From: Alphaproteobacteria bacterium
GTDB lineage: Bacteria > Pseudomonadota > Alphaproteobacteria > MPNO01 > UBA830
DNA: 64,000 nt
Direction: 5' to 3'
Assembly (NCBI GenBank): GCA_964291215.2
Contig: OZ219790.1
Location: 1,184,001-1,248,000 of the forward strand
Positions 44,058 to 55,271 of the stretch are shown piece by piece. Every line of letters begins with the position of its first letter. Position 1 is the first letter of the stretch. Under the pieces are notes generated by a model. It had not been told where the DNA came from. It saw only the letters and a program-made list of their open reading frames with translations, and made no database searches. The position numbers and the translations under genes are program-made.

Positions 44058-45122
44058 CTATTCGGCGGCAGCCGACCTGAATTCCGCAACGCGCATGCGA
44101 TGGAGCGCACGGCGCGCCAGCGCAACTGCCTCGTCATGCCGACGGTAGTGCAGCCCGCGTTCCCGATCACGCAGAATCGTAGCCTGTTGTGCCTCGATCA
44201 TGGCCTTGTCTTCCATGAACGCGTCGGCGATGTCCTTGTAGAACTGCTTCCCGGCGGCCGTTGTGGCCGGGCAGTTGCGGTTCGCTACCGACCAGAAATA
44301 ATGGCAGCTAGTTTCCGATTCCGGTGTCGCGTGATGGAACAGCCGCAATGACACGCCACCGTCCTGATTCCGGTTCTCTTTCGCTCCGCGGCCGACTTCC
44401 AGTGCGCCACCCCATTGCAGCACCGAGCCGGGAGCCACGTATTCGAAATCGGACCAACGATCGACGGGGCTCTGGAATCCGGCAGCGGCGACGAAGGACG
44501 GGGGAGGAGGCGAAGCCATCATCCACCTGATGAATCTGGCGCCGTTTTCCGTTGCAGCCGTCTCAAGCGTCGCATCGACATGCGACTGCGGAAATCCTCC
44601 GATGGTGGAACCATGGACATATCCGAGATGCGTCAGATCCATGAGGTTGTCGATCACGAACATAAAATTCGCGTCATAGTGGTAGTGACCGAACTGGAAC
44701 GGCCATTCCTCGCCCGCCTCGTGGAACGGATAGTTGATGATCGCGGACTCATCGGCGAGGCCGGGATCACCCATCCAGACCCAGACGAAACTCTGCCGCT
44801 CGACGGCAGGGAACGAGCGCACCCGATAGAGCGCCCGATCGTCTTCCTCTCCCGGATTTCCGATGCATGCACCGTCGCGGCCATAAATCATGCCGTGATA
44901 GCAGCACTGGATACCGTCTCCAACGACGCTGCCGAGGCTGAGCGGAGCAGCACGATGGCAGCACCTGTCTTCGAGAATGGCAGCGTCGCCAGAGGCATCA
45001 CGGAACAGAACGACATCTTCGCCGAGGAGTCTGCGCGCGAACGGCGCGTCCGTGACTTCATGCGACCAAGCGGCAATATACCATGCGTTGTGGACAAGAG
45101 GTTCGATCGGACAGTCAGGCAT
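44058..45122 (-). CDS. Rieske non-heme iron oxygenase alpha subunit (VanA-like)
   Basis: NAWYIAA, Rieske CCHR..CCYHG, DNLMDLTHLGYVH, FMEDKAMIEAQQ. Confidence 0.92.
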   Translation of the reverse strand: MPDCPIEPLVHNAWYIAAWSHEVTDAPFARRLLGEDVVLFRDASGDAAILEDRCCHRAAPLSLGSVVGDGIQCCYHGMIYGRDGACIGNPGEEDDRALYRVRSFPAVERQSFVWVWMGDPGLADESAIINYPFHEAGEEWPFQFGHYHYDANFMFVIDNLMDLTHLGYVHGSTIGGFPQSHVDATLETAATENGARFIRWMMASPPPPSFVAAAGFQSPVDRWSDFEYVAPGSVLQWGGALEVGRGAKENRNQDGGVSLRLFHHATPESETSCHYFWSVANRNCPATTAAGKQFYKDIADAFMEDKAMIEAQQATILRDRERGLHYRRHDEAVALARRALHRMRVAEFRSAAAE

Positions 45123-45449
45123 CGTCGCAAATCCCTGTGGTTCATCAGGAACGCATGACATCGGTCCTGCCCAACGCCAATGCAGTATCGCATGGCCGCG
45201 GCGAGAACCGCTGTCGCACGAATGACCCGCTTGAAGCACTCCAACTCCCTGCCTGACTGCCGATAACCGCCCGGATGTCAGCCACCGGCCAGTAGGCAAA
45301 ACCGCATATGCCGGATTTCTCCGCAACCGCGTGTTTCGTCAGGCTGCCAAGTGGCACAGAATAGTGTGGTTGTGACCCGACGGCAAACACGCGGCATGCC
45401 GCCTCAAAGCGCAAACCTCAGACAAATTTCCAGACATCAAGTTACAGTA

Positions 45450-45961
45450 CCGTCGCCCATCTGCCGGTTCGGCTTCGGGCCCTTGCCGTTGCTCCCGGCA
45501 CGCTCTCGTCCTTGTCCGTCTGTGACGGCGGCAGATCGGAGTTCCGGCTCGTTTTGCGCGTGGTCTTCTCCAGAAGGACGACGATGATGATGTCGAGCAG
45601 GATGACGAGGACGCGGATCACGGCCTCTTCCGCCACCTTGCCGGCCGCACGCAGCGCCGTGATCCGGGTCTTGGCCGCTTCGAACTCCTCGCGCGCCGCC
45701 CGTCGCCATCACCCGGCCTTGCGCTTCATCAGCGCGCCGCCTCCGAGATGCGTTTCCACATACAGATCATGCGGGGGCTGGAGCCCCGGAAGCAGCTGGC
45801 ACAGCCCGCTCGTCGCCTTCGATCCAAAGTAGCCCACTGGCGGTCCCTGTCGTTCTCGATTACCACCACTAAACGAATCGGCCTGCAGTGTCAAATCTCC
45901 ACAAAAACCCGTTCGTTGCTCTACCCCGACATCAAGCCGGAACCAGGGGGTGAGCAGTTAC
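45450..45961 (-). mobile_element. IS66-family element copy 2 (5' about 510 bp only)
   Basis: Left IR GTAACTGCTCACCCC at 45961; aligns to 11653-12205; 3' part absent. Confidence 0.9.
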
Positions 45962-46446
45962 AGAGAATCATCATAATTGGCGGCGCAGCCCTGATCTTCG
46001 GCCAGTTTCTGAATTTCGCCGGTCTGTCCGGTGCGCTGGTCGAGTTCACCGAGAGTTTCAATCTCGGCCCGTTGACCTTGCCGCTGGTGATCTGTGCAAT
46101 CTGCGTCGTTTTGGAAATGATATTCGAAAGCATCGGAATTCTGCTGCTTATCGTCCCGGTGTTCCTGCCCTCGCTGGAGGCGGTGGCCGGCGACGCCGCG
46201 ATCGACCCCGATTTTTATCTGGTCTGGTTCGGAATCGTCGTGATCATCGTTGTCGTACTCGGGCTGATCACGCCTCCAATCGGAATCAATGTCTTCACCG
46301 TCAAGTCGGTCATTCCCGATGTCGAACTGACCAAGATCTTCGCTGGCGTCGTGTCCTTCGTGTTCGCCGACCTCATCGTGCTTGCCCTGATCTTTCTCAT
46401 ACCCGGACTGGCGATCTTCCTGCCGTCGGTCATGCCATCCTTCTGA
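45962..46446 (+). pseudogene. TRAP large permease (DctM) C-terminal fragment
   Basis: IIGGAALIFGQF..VWFGIVV..GLITPPIGINVF; 5' part missing at the IS66 end. Confidence 0.8.
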
Positions 46447-46602
46447 TCCCGGGCCGAACCCGGCAGAAGTTCATCGCCTTCGCCGACCGATCCGCCGCGG
46501 TGCCGGCCGGAATCGGCCCTTCTGCAGGGAAGTGGCCAATGCTCCTCTTCAACATTTTCCCGTCCAGCGGCAGCGATGCAGGGTGTCGCGCTCCCCGGGC
46601 TC

Positions 46603-47205
46603 TCACAATGCGGAGAACTCCCTGTGGACCTTCGCAATGAACCGCTCGCACTGTTCACGCGTTGCCCTGTCGAGTCCGTACATGGACAGCATGCGAAACG
46701 AGACCCTTTTGCCGCAAACCCCGACGATTCCGTTCCTGATCTGCCGGCGCACGGGATTGCGCATGTAGAGCTCCGTGATACGCCATGAGGAATTCGTGGT
46801 CGTCACGACATGGCAGCTCCGCAGCGTCGCGAGCCGGGGTTCAAGGGCTCGGGCACCGGGATTGACCGCAAAGGCACGACCAGGAACGAAGACACGATCG
46901 ATGAAACCCTTGAGAATTGCCGGCATTCCGAACCACCATTGCGGGAAGACGAGAACGAGGCCGTCGGCAGATGCCAGACGCTCGCAATACCCGGCGATCT
47001 CCAGCGGAGGCTCGTAATTGGGCATCGCGAAGACCGCGCGCTCCCGTCCGGACAGGCACGGATCAAAACCGTCCGCATAAAGGTCGACGAGGTCGGCTTG
47101 GTGCCCCGCCGTCGCAATTCCGTCGATGGCCGCGTCACGCAGCGCCGCCGCGAGGCTGTCGGGCAGCGGATGCCCATGGACGACCAAGAAACGCCGTGCG
47201 CCCAT
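46603..47205 (-). CDS. NAD(P)H-dependent oxidoreductase (flavodoxin-like fold)
   Basis: VHGHPLPDS, DLYADGFDP, FPQWWFGMPAILKGFIDRV; TAATG overlap with the cysS stop. Confidence 0.88.
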   Translation of the reverse strand: MGARRFLVVHGHPLPDSLAAALRDAAIDGIATAGHQADLVDLYADGFDPCLSGRERAVFAMPNYEPPLEIAGYCERLASADGLVLVFPQWWFGMPAILKGFIDRVFVPGRAFAVNPGARALEPRLATLRSCHVVTTTNSSWRITELYMRNPVRRQIRNGIVGVCGKRVSFRMLSMYGLDRATREQCERFIAKVHREFSAL

Positions 47206-48578
47206 TACTGGATCCTGCGCCACCGCGTACCCTCCGCTCCGTCCTCAAGCATGATGCCGCGCGCTCCCAATTCGTCGCGGATACGGTCTGCATCGTCGAA
47301 GCGCCGTTCGGCGCGCGCGCGCGCGCGCTCCTCGACCATCTCTCCTATTCGCGCAGCGTCCACCGGGTCGGCACCGACAAACCATTGCTCGCAATCCTGC
47401 TGCAGGATACCCAGCAACGCTCCGGAGGCGAGAAGCGTTCCCTTTAGGCGCCGCCGCTCCGTCGGATCGGTCGCCAAATTGGCCTGCCGTCCGAGCCGGA
47501 ACAGGGCCGCAACGGCCCGCGGCGTGTTGATGTCATCGCCGAGCGCCGCGAGAAATTCTCCATCGGGCCGGAGGTGATCATCGGAATCGACGTCTGACAG
47601 AGCCCGGAGCGCTCCGTACAGGCGATCGAGCATGTCCCTGGCGTGGGCGAGGCTTTCGTCCAACCAGTCCAGAGGCTGCCGATAATGGGTGTTGAGAAGC
47701 GCCATCCGGATTGCCTCGCCGGGCACCCTGTCGAGCATCTCGTGAACCGTCACGACGTTGCCGACGGACTTGGCCATCTTCTCGCGATCAATATTCACGA
47801 AACCGTTGTGCAGCCAGAAACGCGCCAGCGGCTGCCCGCCATGAGCGCAGGTCGACTGTGCAATCTCGTTCTCGTGATGCGGAAAGACGAGGTCGCCGCC
47901 GCCGGCGTGAATGTCGATGGTCTCGCCGAGATGCTTCTCGATCATGCATGAGCATTCCAGATGCCAGCCCGGCCGGCCGCGGCCCCAAGGGCTCTCCCAG
48001 CCCGGCAGGTCCGGCGTCGACGGTTTCCACAGCACGAAATCCGCCGGATCGCGCTTGTAGGGCGCGACTTCGACACGGGCGCCCGCGATCATCTCCCTCC
48101 GGTCGCGCCGCGACAACCCGCCATAATCCGCAAAGCGCGGTACATGGAACAGGACATGCCCCTCGGCCGCGTAGGCAAAGCCGTCCTCGATCAGCCTCTG
48201 GGCCATGGCGATCATTTCGGGAATGTGGTCAGTCGCATGCGGCTCGATATCCGGCAGTTCCACGCCCAGCGCAGCCATGTCGTCGCGATACAGCCGCTCG
48301 TATTTTCCGGTGATCTCGCCGATCTTCACGCCCTGTTCCTGCGCCGCTGCGTTGATCTTGTCGTCAAGGTCCGTGATGTTGCGGGCATAGACCACCTTGG
48401 GCCACATGTGGCGCAGCAGCCGCACCAGCACATCGAACACGACGGCAGGCCGGGCGTTTCCGATATGGGCATAGGAATAGACCGTGGGACCGCACACATA
48501 GACGGTCACGCGGCAGGGATCAGCCGGAACGAACGCTTCCTTGCGGCGTGTCAGCGTATTGTAGAGATCGAGGCTCAT
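47205..48578 (-). CDS. cysS: Cysteine--tRNA ligase
   Basis: [56 protein letters not shown]. Confidence 0.97.
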   Translation of the reverse strand: MSLDLYNTLTRRKEAFVPADPCRVTVYVCGPTVYSYAHIGNARPAVVFDVLVRLLRHMWPKVVYARNITDLDDKINAAAQEQGVKIGEITGKYERLYRDDMAALGVELPDIEPHATDHIPEMIAMAQRLIEDGFAYAAEGHVLFHVPRFADYGGLSRRDRREMIAGARVEVAPYKRDPADFVLWKPSTPDLPGWESPWGRGRPGWHLECSCMIEKHLGETIDIHAGGGDLVFPHHENEIAQSTCAHGGQPLARFWLHNGFVNIDREKMAKSVGNVVTVHEMLDRVPGEAIRMALLNTHYRQPLDWLDESLAHARDMLDRLYGALRALSDVDSDDHLRPDGEFLAALGDDINTPRAVAALFRLGRQANLATDPTERRRLKGTLLASGALLGILQQDCEQWFVGADPVDAARIGEMVEERARARAERRFDDADRIRDELGARGIMLEDGAEGTRWRRIQ

Positions 48579-48644
48579 GGTATGGTGAACATAGGTGCTG
48601 GGGAGACGCTGGCAAACAGGAGATCAGATCGGAGGTATCGGGTG

Positions 48645-49505
48645 ATGGCAACCAGACTGGAGCTGGACGTGCGGGAACTTGATGCACCGCTTGGAGCAAA
48701 GATCACCGGACTTGACCTCCGCAAACCTCTCGACCGCGAGACCGTGGCGGAAATCCTCGCTGCCTGGTATCGCCACCAGGTGCTGGTTTTCCGGGACCAG
48801 GATCTGTCACCGCAGCAGATGGTGGATTTCACCGGCCAGTTGGGCGAACCCGGCAAGCCCCGCATGCCGTCGCGCACCGTGCGCGACATCCTGCCCGACC
48901 TGCCACCCGAGGTCATGATCGTATCGAACATTCGCGTGGACGGCAAACCCATGGGGTTGCCGCATGACGGGGAGATGTGGTTCCACAGCGACATGTGCTA
49001 TGTCGAAGTCCCGCACACTGCAACACTGCTCCATGCCGTTGAACTGCCGTCATGGGGCGGCAACACGCTCTTCGCCGACATGTATGCCGCCTATGACAGT
49101 CTTCCGGATTCACTCCGCAACAGGCTGGAAGATTGTCGGGCGCTTCACATCCATGACTACAAACGCACTGACCGGCCGAGCCTTGATGTCGATCTGGACA
49201 AGGTCGGGAACTTTGCCCATCCGGTCTTCATCACCCATCCCGAAACCGGACGAAAGGCGCTCTATGTCAATCGGTTGATGACAGCCCACATCGAAGGGCT
49301 CGATCCTGCGGAAAGCAACGCGCTTCTCGAGGAACTCTTTACGGCGTCGGAGGACCGGTCGCTGGTCTATGAACACGTCTGGAAACCGGGCGACCTCGTG
49401 ATGTGGGACAATCGCTGCATCACCCATGCGCGCACCGATTTTCCGGAGAACGAGCGCCGCCTGCTGCGGCGCACGACCATCGTGGGAAGCCAGGCACCCC
49501 GCTGA
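48645..49505 (+). CDS. TauD/TfdA family Fe(II)/2-oxoglutarate dioxygenase
   Basis: WFHSD, GGNTLFADM, HPVFITHPETGRKAL, WDNRCITHAR, RRT. Confidence 0.92.
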   Translation: MATRLELDVRELDAPLGAKITGLDLRKPLDRETVAEILAAWYRHQVLVFRDQDLSPQQMVDFTGQLGEPGKPRMPSRTVRDILPDLPPEVMIVSNIRVDGKPMGLPHDGEMWFHSDMCYVEVPHTATLLHAVELPSWGGNTLFADMYAAYDSLPDSLRNRLEDCRALHIHDYKRTDRPSLDVDLDKVGNFAHPVFITHPETGRKALYVNRLMTAHIEGLDPAESNALLEELFTASEDRSLVYEHVWKPGDLVMWDNRCITHARTDFPENERRLLRRTTIVGSQAPR

Positions 49506-49536
49506 GGACTGCCGCGCCGAACGCCGGACAGTGGGG

Positions 49537-50529
49537 TCAGTTGGCTACCCACTCCCCCTTCCCGCGGCTTTCGAGCATTACGCCTTCGAAGAGTTCTTCC
49601 ACCGGAATCGGTGACGAGATCAGCCCGCCCTGATGCGAATAGCTGATCAGGCTTTCCAGATTTCGGCGATTGGCAGTGCCTAGACCGTATTCCCATGGAT
49701 CGCGCCCGAGCAGTTCCTGCTGCGCTTCCCATTCGTCCATGAACCAGGCGAGCGGCACCGTACGCGGGTTGGTGAGCCGGCGATAGGCCTCGACCTTCGC
49801 CTTTTCGAAGGCAAGCGCCAGATTGCTCGCGACCCACGGATGCTGCTCGACGATCTCGTGGCGAAGCGCCGTAACGTGCATGATGGGAAATATGCCGGTG
49901 CGCTCGAAATACGCCTTCTCTTCCGAACGATAGTCGCTGAAAAGGCGCACTACCCGCCGGTCTCCGCGCAGGATCGGAGCAATGATGTCGGGGTGCAGGG
50001 CCGCGTCCAGTTCGCCCTCGGCCAGCATCTCGGAAATATCGGAACCCTCGGGTGCGCGCGACAACCTGAGGCCCGTGGGCGGCTCGAACGGTATGTCCTC
50101 GTCAAGTTCGGTGATCCAGTCGATCGAAGTCAGATCGACGCCATATTCGTTGGCCAGCAACCCCCGCAGGTAGAGCGTTGCCGTCGTCTGGTAGGTTTTC
50201 AGGCCGACCCGCTTGCTCTCGAGATCCTTTGGTTCCGAAATCCCGCTTGACGCATTGACATAGATAAAGCCGTGACGAAAGCGACGGTGCAGAAATACCG
50301 GTATTGCGGTGAACGGCCGGCCGCGGTCCCTGGCCATCAGATAAGACGAACCCGACAGCTCGCATATGTCGAACTCCCGATTGCGGATCATGCGCCAGTG
50401 GCGGGAGGACGAATCCATGTCTGTAAGCACGTTGAGCGATATGCCGTCGGCCTCGATCGTGCCTTCCTTGAGAGCGCGTATGATCTCGTAGTCGCCACAG
50501 GCCAGAGTCAGTTCGAGTTTGCGTGCCAC
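49537..50529 (-). CDS. Solute-binding-protein fold, 4,5-dihydroxyphthalate decarboxylase-like
   Basis: LTLACGDYE, EFDICELS, IPVFLHRRFRH, YFERTGIFPIMH, DPWEYGL; GTG start after GGAG. Confidence 0.82.
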   Translation of the reverse strand: MARKLELTLACGDYEIIRALKEGTIEADGISLNVLTDMDSSSRHWRMIRNREFDICELSGSSYLMARDRGRPFTAIPVFLHRRFRHGFIYVNASSGISEPKDLESKRVGLKTYQTTATLYLRGLLANEYGVDLTSIDWITELDEDIPFEPPTGLRLSRAPEGSDISEMLAEGELDAALHPDIIAPILRGDRRVVRLFSDYRSEEKAYFERTGIFPIMHVTALRHEIVEQHPWVASNLALAFEKAKVEAYRRLTNPRTVPLAWFMDEWEAQQELLGRDPWEYGLGTANRRNLESLISYSHQGGLISSPIPVEELFEGVMLESRGKGEWVAN

Positions 50530-50605
50530 ATCGTCTCCATTTCGCGAAGTCAGACCGGTCGATGGCGAGTTGCGAGCGGGGTGCCGGAACCGCACCCGCC
50601 CGGAG

Positions 50606-51151
50606 TTATGTAGTGGTGCGCAGTTCAGCGTCCGGGTTGTCCTCCCGCTGCAGGCGCAGCAATTCGGGATCCGCATAGAGCGGGCGCGCGGGCTTCGGAT
50701 TCCCCAGCATGACCTGGAAGAAACAGTCCTCGTCACCGTCATTGCGGATGCAGTGGACCTGTCCCGGCGGATTGTAGACCATGTCCCAAGGCCCGAGTGT
50801 CCGCGTGATAATCTCACCATCCTTCTGCCAGACCACCGTGGGATGCCCCTTGAGGACGAAAAAGACCTCCTCCTCGTCCGGATGGTTGTGCATCGGCTGC
50901 TCATGGCCTGGAGGCATCTCCAGTATGCTGAGTGTGAAACTTGCCCCCATCAGCGCGTGCGGATCGTTGTGATCGACGTTGCCGCTGGTTCCGAGATAGC
51001 GGCGCTGGGACCGAGCGAACTTCTTGTCAACCCTGGTTTCAAATCCCCACACCCGCCAACTCGCGTTGCGCGTCGAGAACGTCTTGCAATGCCGGTCAAG
51101 GGCGGCTTCAAGCTCACCGTTGGCCCGGTTCTCCTGGATCACGGTTGCCAT
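50606..51151 (-). CDS. Cupin domain protein
   Basis: MPPGHEQPMHNHPDEEEVFFVLKG..GPWD..PPGQVH. Confidence 0.85.
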   Translation of the reverse strand: MATVIQENRANGELEAALDRHCKTFSTRNASWRVWGFETRVDKKFARSQRRYLGTSGNVDHNDPHALMGASFTLSILEMPPGHEQPMHNHPDEEEVFFVLKGHPTVVWQKDGEIITRTLGPWDMVYNPPGQVHCIRNDGDEDCFFQVMLGNPKPARPLYADPELLRLQREDNPDAELRTTT

Positions 51152-51158
51152 TTTCCCC

Positions 51159-51863
51159 TCATTCCGCCGCCTGCGCGGCACCGTAGGTTCTGCGAATATG
51201 TTCCACGATGTCGTCAAGAACCATGACATCGGCATATTTGTGATGCATGTCAAACAGATTGACCTTGTGCGAGAGTTCGAAGCGGTCGAACACGCACTCC
51301 TCGGCAATCGTGACGTGATAGCCATTGGAATAGGCGTCGACGACCGACGCGCGCACGCATCCCGAGGTGCTTTCACCGCACACGATCAGGCTGGAAACCC
51401 CGGCTTGGACCAGATGCGCGACCAGCGGCGTCGAGTGAAACGCGCTTGCGCGCTCCTTGCGAATGACGACCTCACCGGCCTCTGGCGCAAACGCCGGATG
51501 GATGTCCAGCATGTCCGCAGAGGTTCCGTTTCCGTGCTGTCGGAGGGTCGACTGGACGCGCCCTTTCCGGACGGAACCGGTGACGTGAAACACGGGGAGC
51601 CCGCCTTCCCTGCAGGCAGCGAAAAGCCGCTGGATCGGTCCGACCGCTTCCCAGGCGAACCGTCCGCAACTGTTGGGAAATTCCGCAACCAGCTCATGGG
51701 GCGCCTTATCGGGGTCGCCGCGAAACACGAGATTGTACAGATCGATAGCAAGAAGCGCCGGACGCGGCCCCACGAAGACTTCACGGCGATAGGGTTCGTA
51801 GATCTTCAGAATTTCTGCTGAAACGATGTCCTTCCAGCAGTGGTCTTCGAAATCTCGCGCCAT
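51159..51863 (-). CDS. Isochorismatase-family cysteine hydrolase (maleamate/N-carbamoylsarcosine amidase-like)
   Basis: PALLAID, K.RASAF, GESTSGCVRASVVDA, KYADV. Confidence 0.9.
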   Translation of the reverse strand: MARDFEDHCWKDIVSAEILKIYEPYRREVFVGPRPALLAIDLYNLVFRGDPDKAPHELVAEFPNSCGRFAWEAVGPIQRLFAACREGGLPVFHVTGSVRKGRVQSTLRQHGNGTSADMLDIHPAFAPEAGEVVIRKERASAFHSTPLVAHLVQAGVSSLIVCGESTSGCVRASVVDAYSNGYHVTIAEECVFDRFELSHKVNLFDMHHKYADVMVLDDIVEHIRRTYGAAQAAE

Positions 51864-52003
51864 GCTCCACCTTCCCTCACATCCCGTTCCGCTTGCCGAC
51901 CACACCGGCGCTGGGAGGCGCGGCATCCTGTCGCAAGCGCCGATCGAGGATTTCGGAGCATGGCCGTTTTTGAGATCCGATGCAACAAGATTGCGTATCG
52001 ACG

Positions 52004-52184
52004 CAGGACCATTCTGTTGTCGCGATTGGCGGCGGACAACCGTGTCAGAGTGGCCGTTCATGAAGTTGGTGGCACCGTCTCAAGGTCGGAACCGACATAT
52101 CGACAACGAAATCCGCTCCCGAATGGACCTCCAGATCTGCCTACAACGCCCCCTCGTCGGACGAAACATGACAAAAGAGCCCTG
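52004..52184. mobile_element. 181-bp MITE copy B (ISAs1-type ends)
   Basis: Over 90% similar by eye to 35956-36138; 10-bp TSD CGTATCGACG at 51994-52003 and 52185-52194. Confidence 0.88.
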
Positions 52185-52289
52185 CGTATCGACGCATGGT
52201 GATCCCATGCCGGTCGGGGATGGGGAATTCGGAGTGCATCAAAGTTTGCGTTATCTCAGATCGATCTCCTCTCCTCCACGACCTCGGCA

Positions 52290-55056
52290 TCACGGGCCGC
52301 GAAGGGCGTGTCGCGAGTGCGCTGATCTTCGCCAGGATGATCCGCCAGCGAGCGCTGGCTGCGCCATAACAGCGCGACCGCGGAGCTTCCGGATCCGGAG
52401 GGCAAGGCGCGCAAGACGCTGTACCGCATCGGCGACCTGCGCCACCGGGCGGCCATCCGGAAAGAACTGTTCAACCACGAACGCGCGCTGCATCCCCGAC
52501 ACCATCGCCTTTTGCAACCTCACCAATGTTCACAGCCGCGCCGACGGCAAGCTGCCCCGCTTCGGGCGCTCGAAGCAGAAGCGCAATGATTGCCCCACGC
52601 TGGCGCTCGACGGCGCGGGCTTTCGGCGCAGTTGCGAGGTCTTGCGGGGCAACGTGGCCGGGCACGGATGCGCTGGCGAGGCTGGAGGCGGGCCCGGCGG
52701 CGAAGCCGACGGTAGTCATGGACGCCGGCACCGAGGCGAACATCGCGTGGCGAGCACGGCTGGATCGCGGGCGGCGCCAGGCCGCCCGAGGGTGGGCCCG
52801 AGGCTCTGCTGATCGATCAGCACCAACCACGAGGTGCAGGCGCCTTGCCAGCGAGGATGGCGCGGCTCTGCGTGGTCAGCGAGAGCAGGAAGAGGGCCGA
52901 GGACGCCATTCCTGGCCGCAGGGCTTCGAGGCGGCAAAGCTCCACCTCTCAGCCAAGGGCCGGCTCCACGACAAGGTGCCGGAGAGCGGTCTCAGGCAGC
53001 GCTTCTCCACCGTCGCCCAGCACTACGAGATCACCGTCGAGAAGGCCGGCGCCAACGCAACGGCCGTGCGCTTCAGCCACAGACGACAAGACAACGCGGG
53101 CGCCTGTGTGCTGCGCACCAGCGACCGGGGTATCGAGACCGTCCTCAGGACATGGATCACGGATATCGAAGCCACCTTCCGTTCATTGAAATCCGAGCCC
53201 GGATTGCGCCCGGCCAGCGCATCGCCGCCCACCTGTTGATCGCCGTACTCGCCGCGGTGCATCTGATCCCCGCACGGGGCGTCCACAAGTGCTGGACATC
53301 AATCCGCGAGAGCATGCGGAACCAGGGTCACCACGCGCCTGCGCCAAGGCGCATTGATCGTCAAACGACAGGACACGCACCGCCGAGGTTGCCGAAATCT
53401 CCTCGGCGGCTGGTGTCGAACCCGCCGCACGAGGAGCCGCCTCACAAGCTGACAGAATTCGTATCTACTCACCCCTAGTTGGGTTCTGATTGGTCGTAGT
53501 GCTCGTTGATGATGTCTGCGACTTTTCCGTCAAGGGCGATCTGGGTTGCGACGTGATGATTGTAGCCGAGTGCGGCCATGGAGGTGAGGTAGCTTGAGCC
53601 CCGGCACCATGCTTTTGCGTGGAGCGGAAGCATCCGGACACCTTGACCTTTGCCATCCTGATCTTCTGTTCTCCGGCATTGTTGGTGAAGCTGACATCGG
53701 GGTCGTCTGTAAAGCGCAGGTTTTCGTGTGTCACGAGACGTTCGTGCAGGTTGTGCGCGTCGGACTTGCGTCCACGTTTTCCTTTCAGCGGGATGTCGGG
53801 CAGTTCCTTGGCGCCCTGATGGTGCGGTAGCGCTTGCGCCCGGCCTCGTTCAGGGTCTTGGATGCGCTCTTGTTGACCTTGTGGCAGATCTCGCGGAGCA
53901 GGCTCTTCATCAGTCGCGCCCAGCGGTAGCCTCGACGACAAAGGTCAGTTCGCGCAGCAGGTGGCTGCCGCACAGCTGGTGGCTATACTGGCCCATGTAC
54001 GAGGCCCAGGACGCCCTTGTAGCACGGGCCGATCTCTTGCCCGCGCTTGCGGTGCGGGAACTTGCACGTCAGGATCCCACGACATGGAGCCACTTACTGT
54101 TGATCCGAAATCGTCGACATCGGGCGTTGCAGGAGGTGCGCCACGGCGGCCTCCTCCCATGACGCATCGTGAAAGCATAGCCGAGGCAGGTTGCCTCGGA
54201 GAGCTTGATGCCGGAGATCGCCTGCACGAGCGCGACGGCACGGCGCAGGGACAGCATCTGGGCGACCAGCAGGTTGATGACGAGAGCCTGGATGCCGATG
54301 CCGTACTGCACGGGATGTTGTCGGGGAACCGGCCCCGGGCCTTGCACTTCGGACATTCCTTGATCTCGGCGTCGACGCTCGACGACCTCGAACACGATGT
54401 CGTGCGGCGCTCCCGATCGACGGGGCCGTCGGCGCCGCAGGCGTCGCAGGCCGCGACCGTTTCCTCGACGATGGCAGGTTGTCGCCCATCTGCCGGTTCG
54501 GCTTCGGGCCGTTGCTCCCGGCACGCTCTTGTCCGTCTGTGACGGCGGCAGACCGGAGTTCCGGCTCGTGCGTGGTCTTCTCCAGAAGGACGACGATGAT
54601 GATGTCGAGTAGGATGACGAGGACGCGGATGACGGCCTCTTCCGCCACCTTACCGGCAGCGCCGCGGTCTTGGCCGCTTCGAACTCCTCGCGCGCCGCCC
54701 GTCGCCATCACCCGGCCTTGCGCTTCATCAGCGCGCCGCCTCCGAGATGCGTTTCCACATACAGATCATGCGGAGGCTGGAGCCCCGGAAGCAGCTGGCA
54801 TAGCCCGCTCGTCGCCTTCGATCCAAAGTAGCCCACTGGCGGTCCCCGTCGTTCTCGATTACCACCACTAAACGAATCGGCCTGCAGTGTCAAATCTCCA
54901 CGAAAACCCGTTCGTTGCTCTACCCCGACATCAAGCCGGAACCAGGGGGTGAGCAGTTACCAGAATTCAACAGAATGTAGTGCCATGTTGAAATCGGCCG
55001 ACAAAAAATCGCGCAACGGGATAAAAATTCCAGGCCGCAAAAAGTGTCAACTTGGG
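52290..55056 (+). mobile_element. Heavily degraded second IS1634-family element (5' end not found), interrupted near its 3' end by IS66 copy 3
   Basis: TIAFCNLTN, RFGRSKQKRNDCP, KPTVVMDAG, CVLRTS, TDIEATFRSLKSE.GLRP, AHLLIAVLA; putative right end GTGTCAACTTGGG at 55044-55056. Confidence 0.72.
53461..54960 (-). mobile_element. IS66-family element copy 3 (complete ends, intron-free, degraded)
   Basis: IRs as in copy 1; 8-bp TSD CAGAATTC at 53453-53460 and 54961-54968. Confidence 0.93.
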
Positions 55057-55271
55057 TTAAGGTCGCAACCAACATTTGGTGACAGGGCGGCGTAGTCGAA
55101 AGGGCTGGCTTGGTTACATTGGTAGGGTGCGCTATAAGCCGTATTCGTTCAGGCGGGCATGGCGACGGTTGAGGGCAGGTGGCGGAGCGATGGTGACAAG
55201 CGCTTCACGGATACGACAGCCTTGGCTGAGCAGTTCTGAGCCTCCTGTTTAACCTGAAATGGGAATAGAGA

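Noticed and set aside
47205-48578. KMAKS instead of KMSKS as a sign of an unusual CysRS
   Set aside because: A conservative variant; Zn ligands and other motifs look normal.
55057-55271. Additional IS-end fragments (also 8300-8480, sharing ATTTGGTGACA)
   Set aside because: Too short to assign a family or boundaries.
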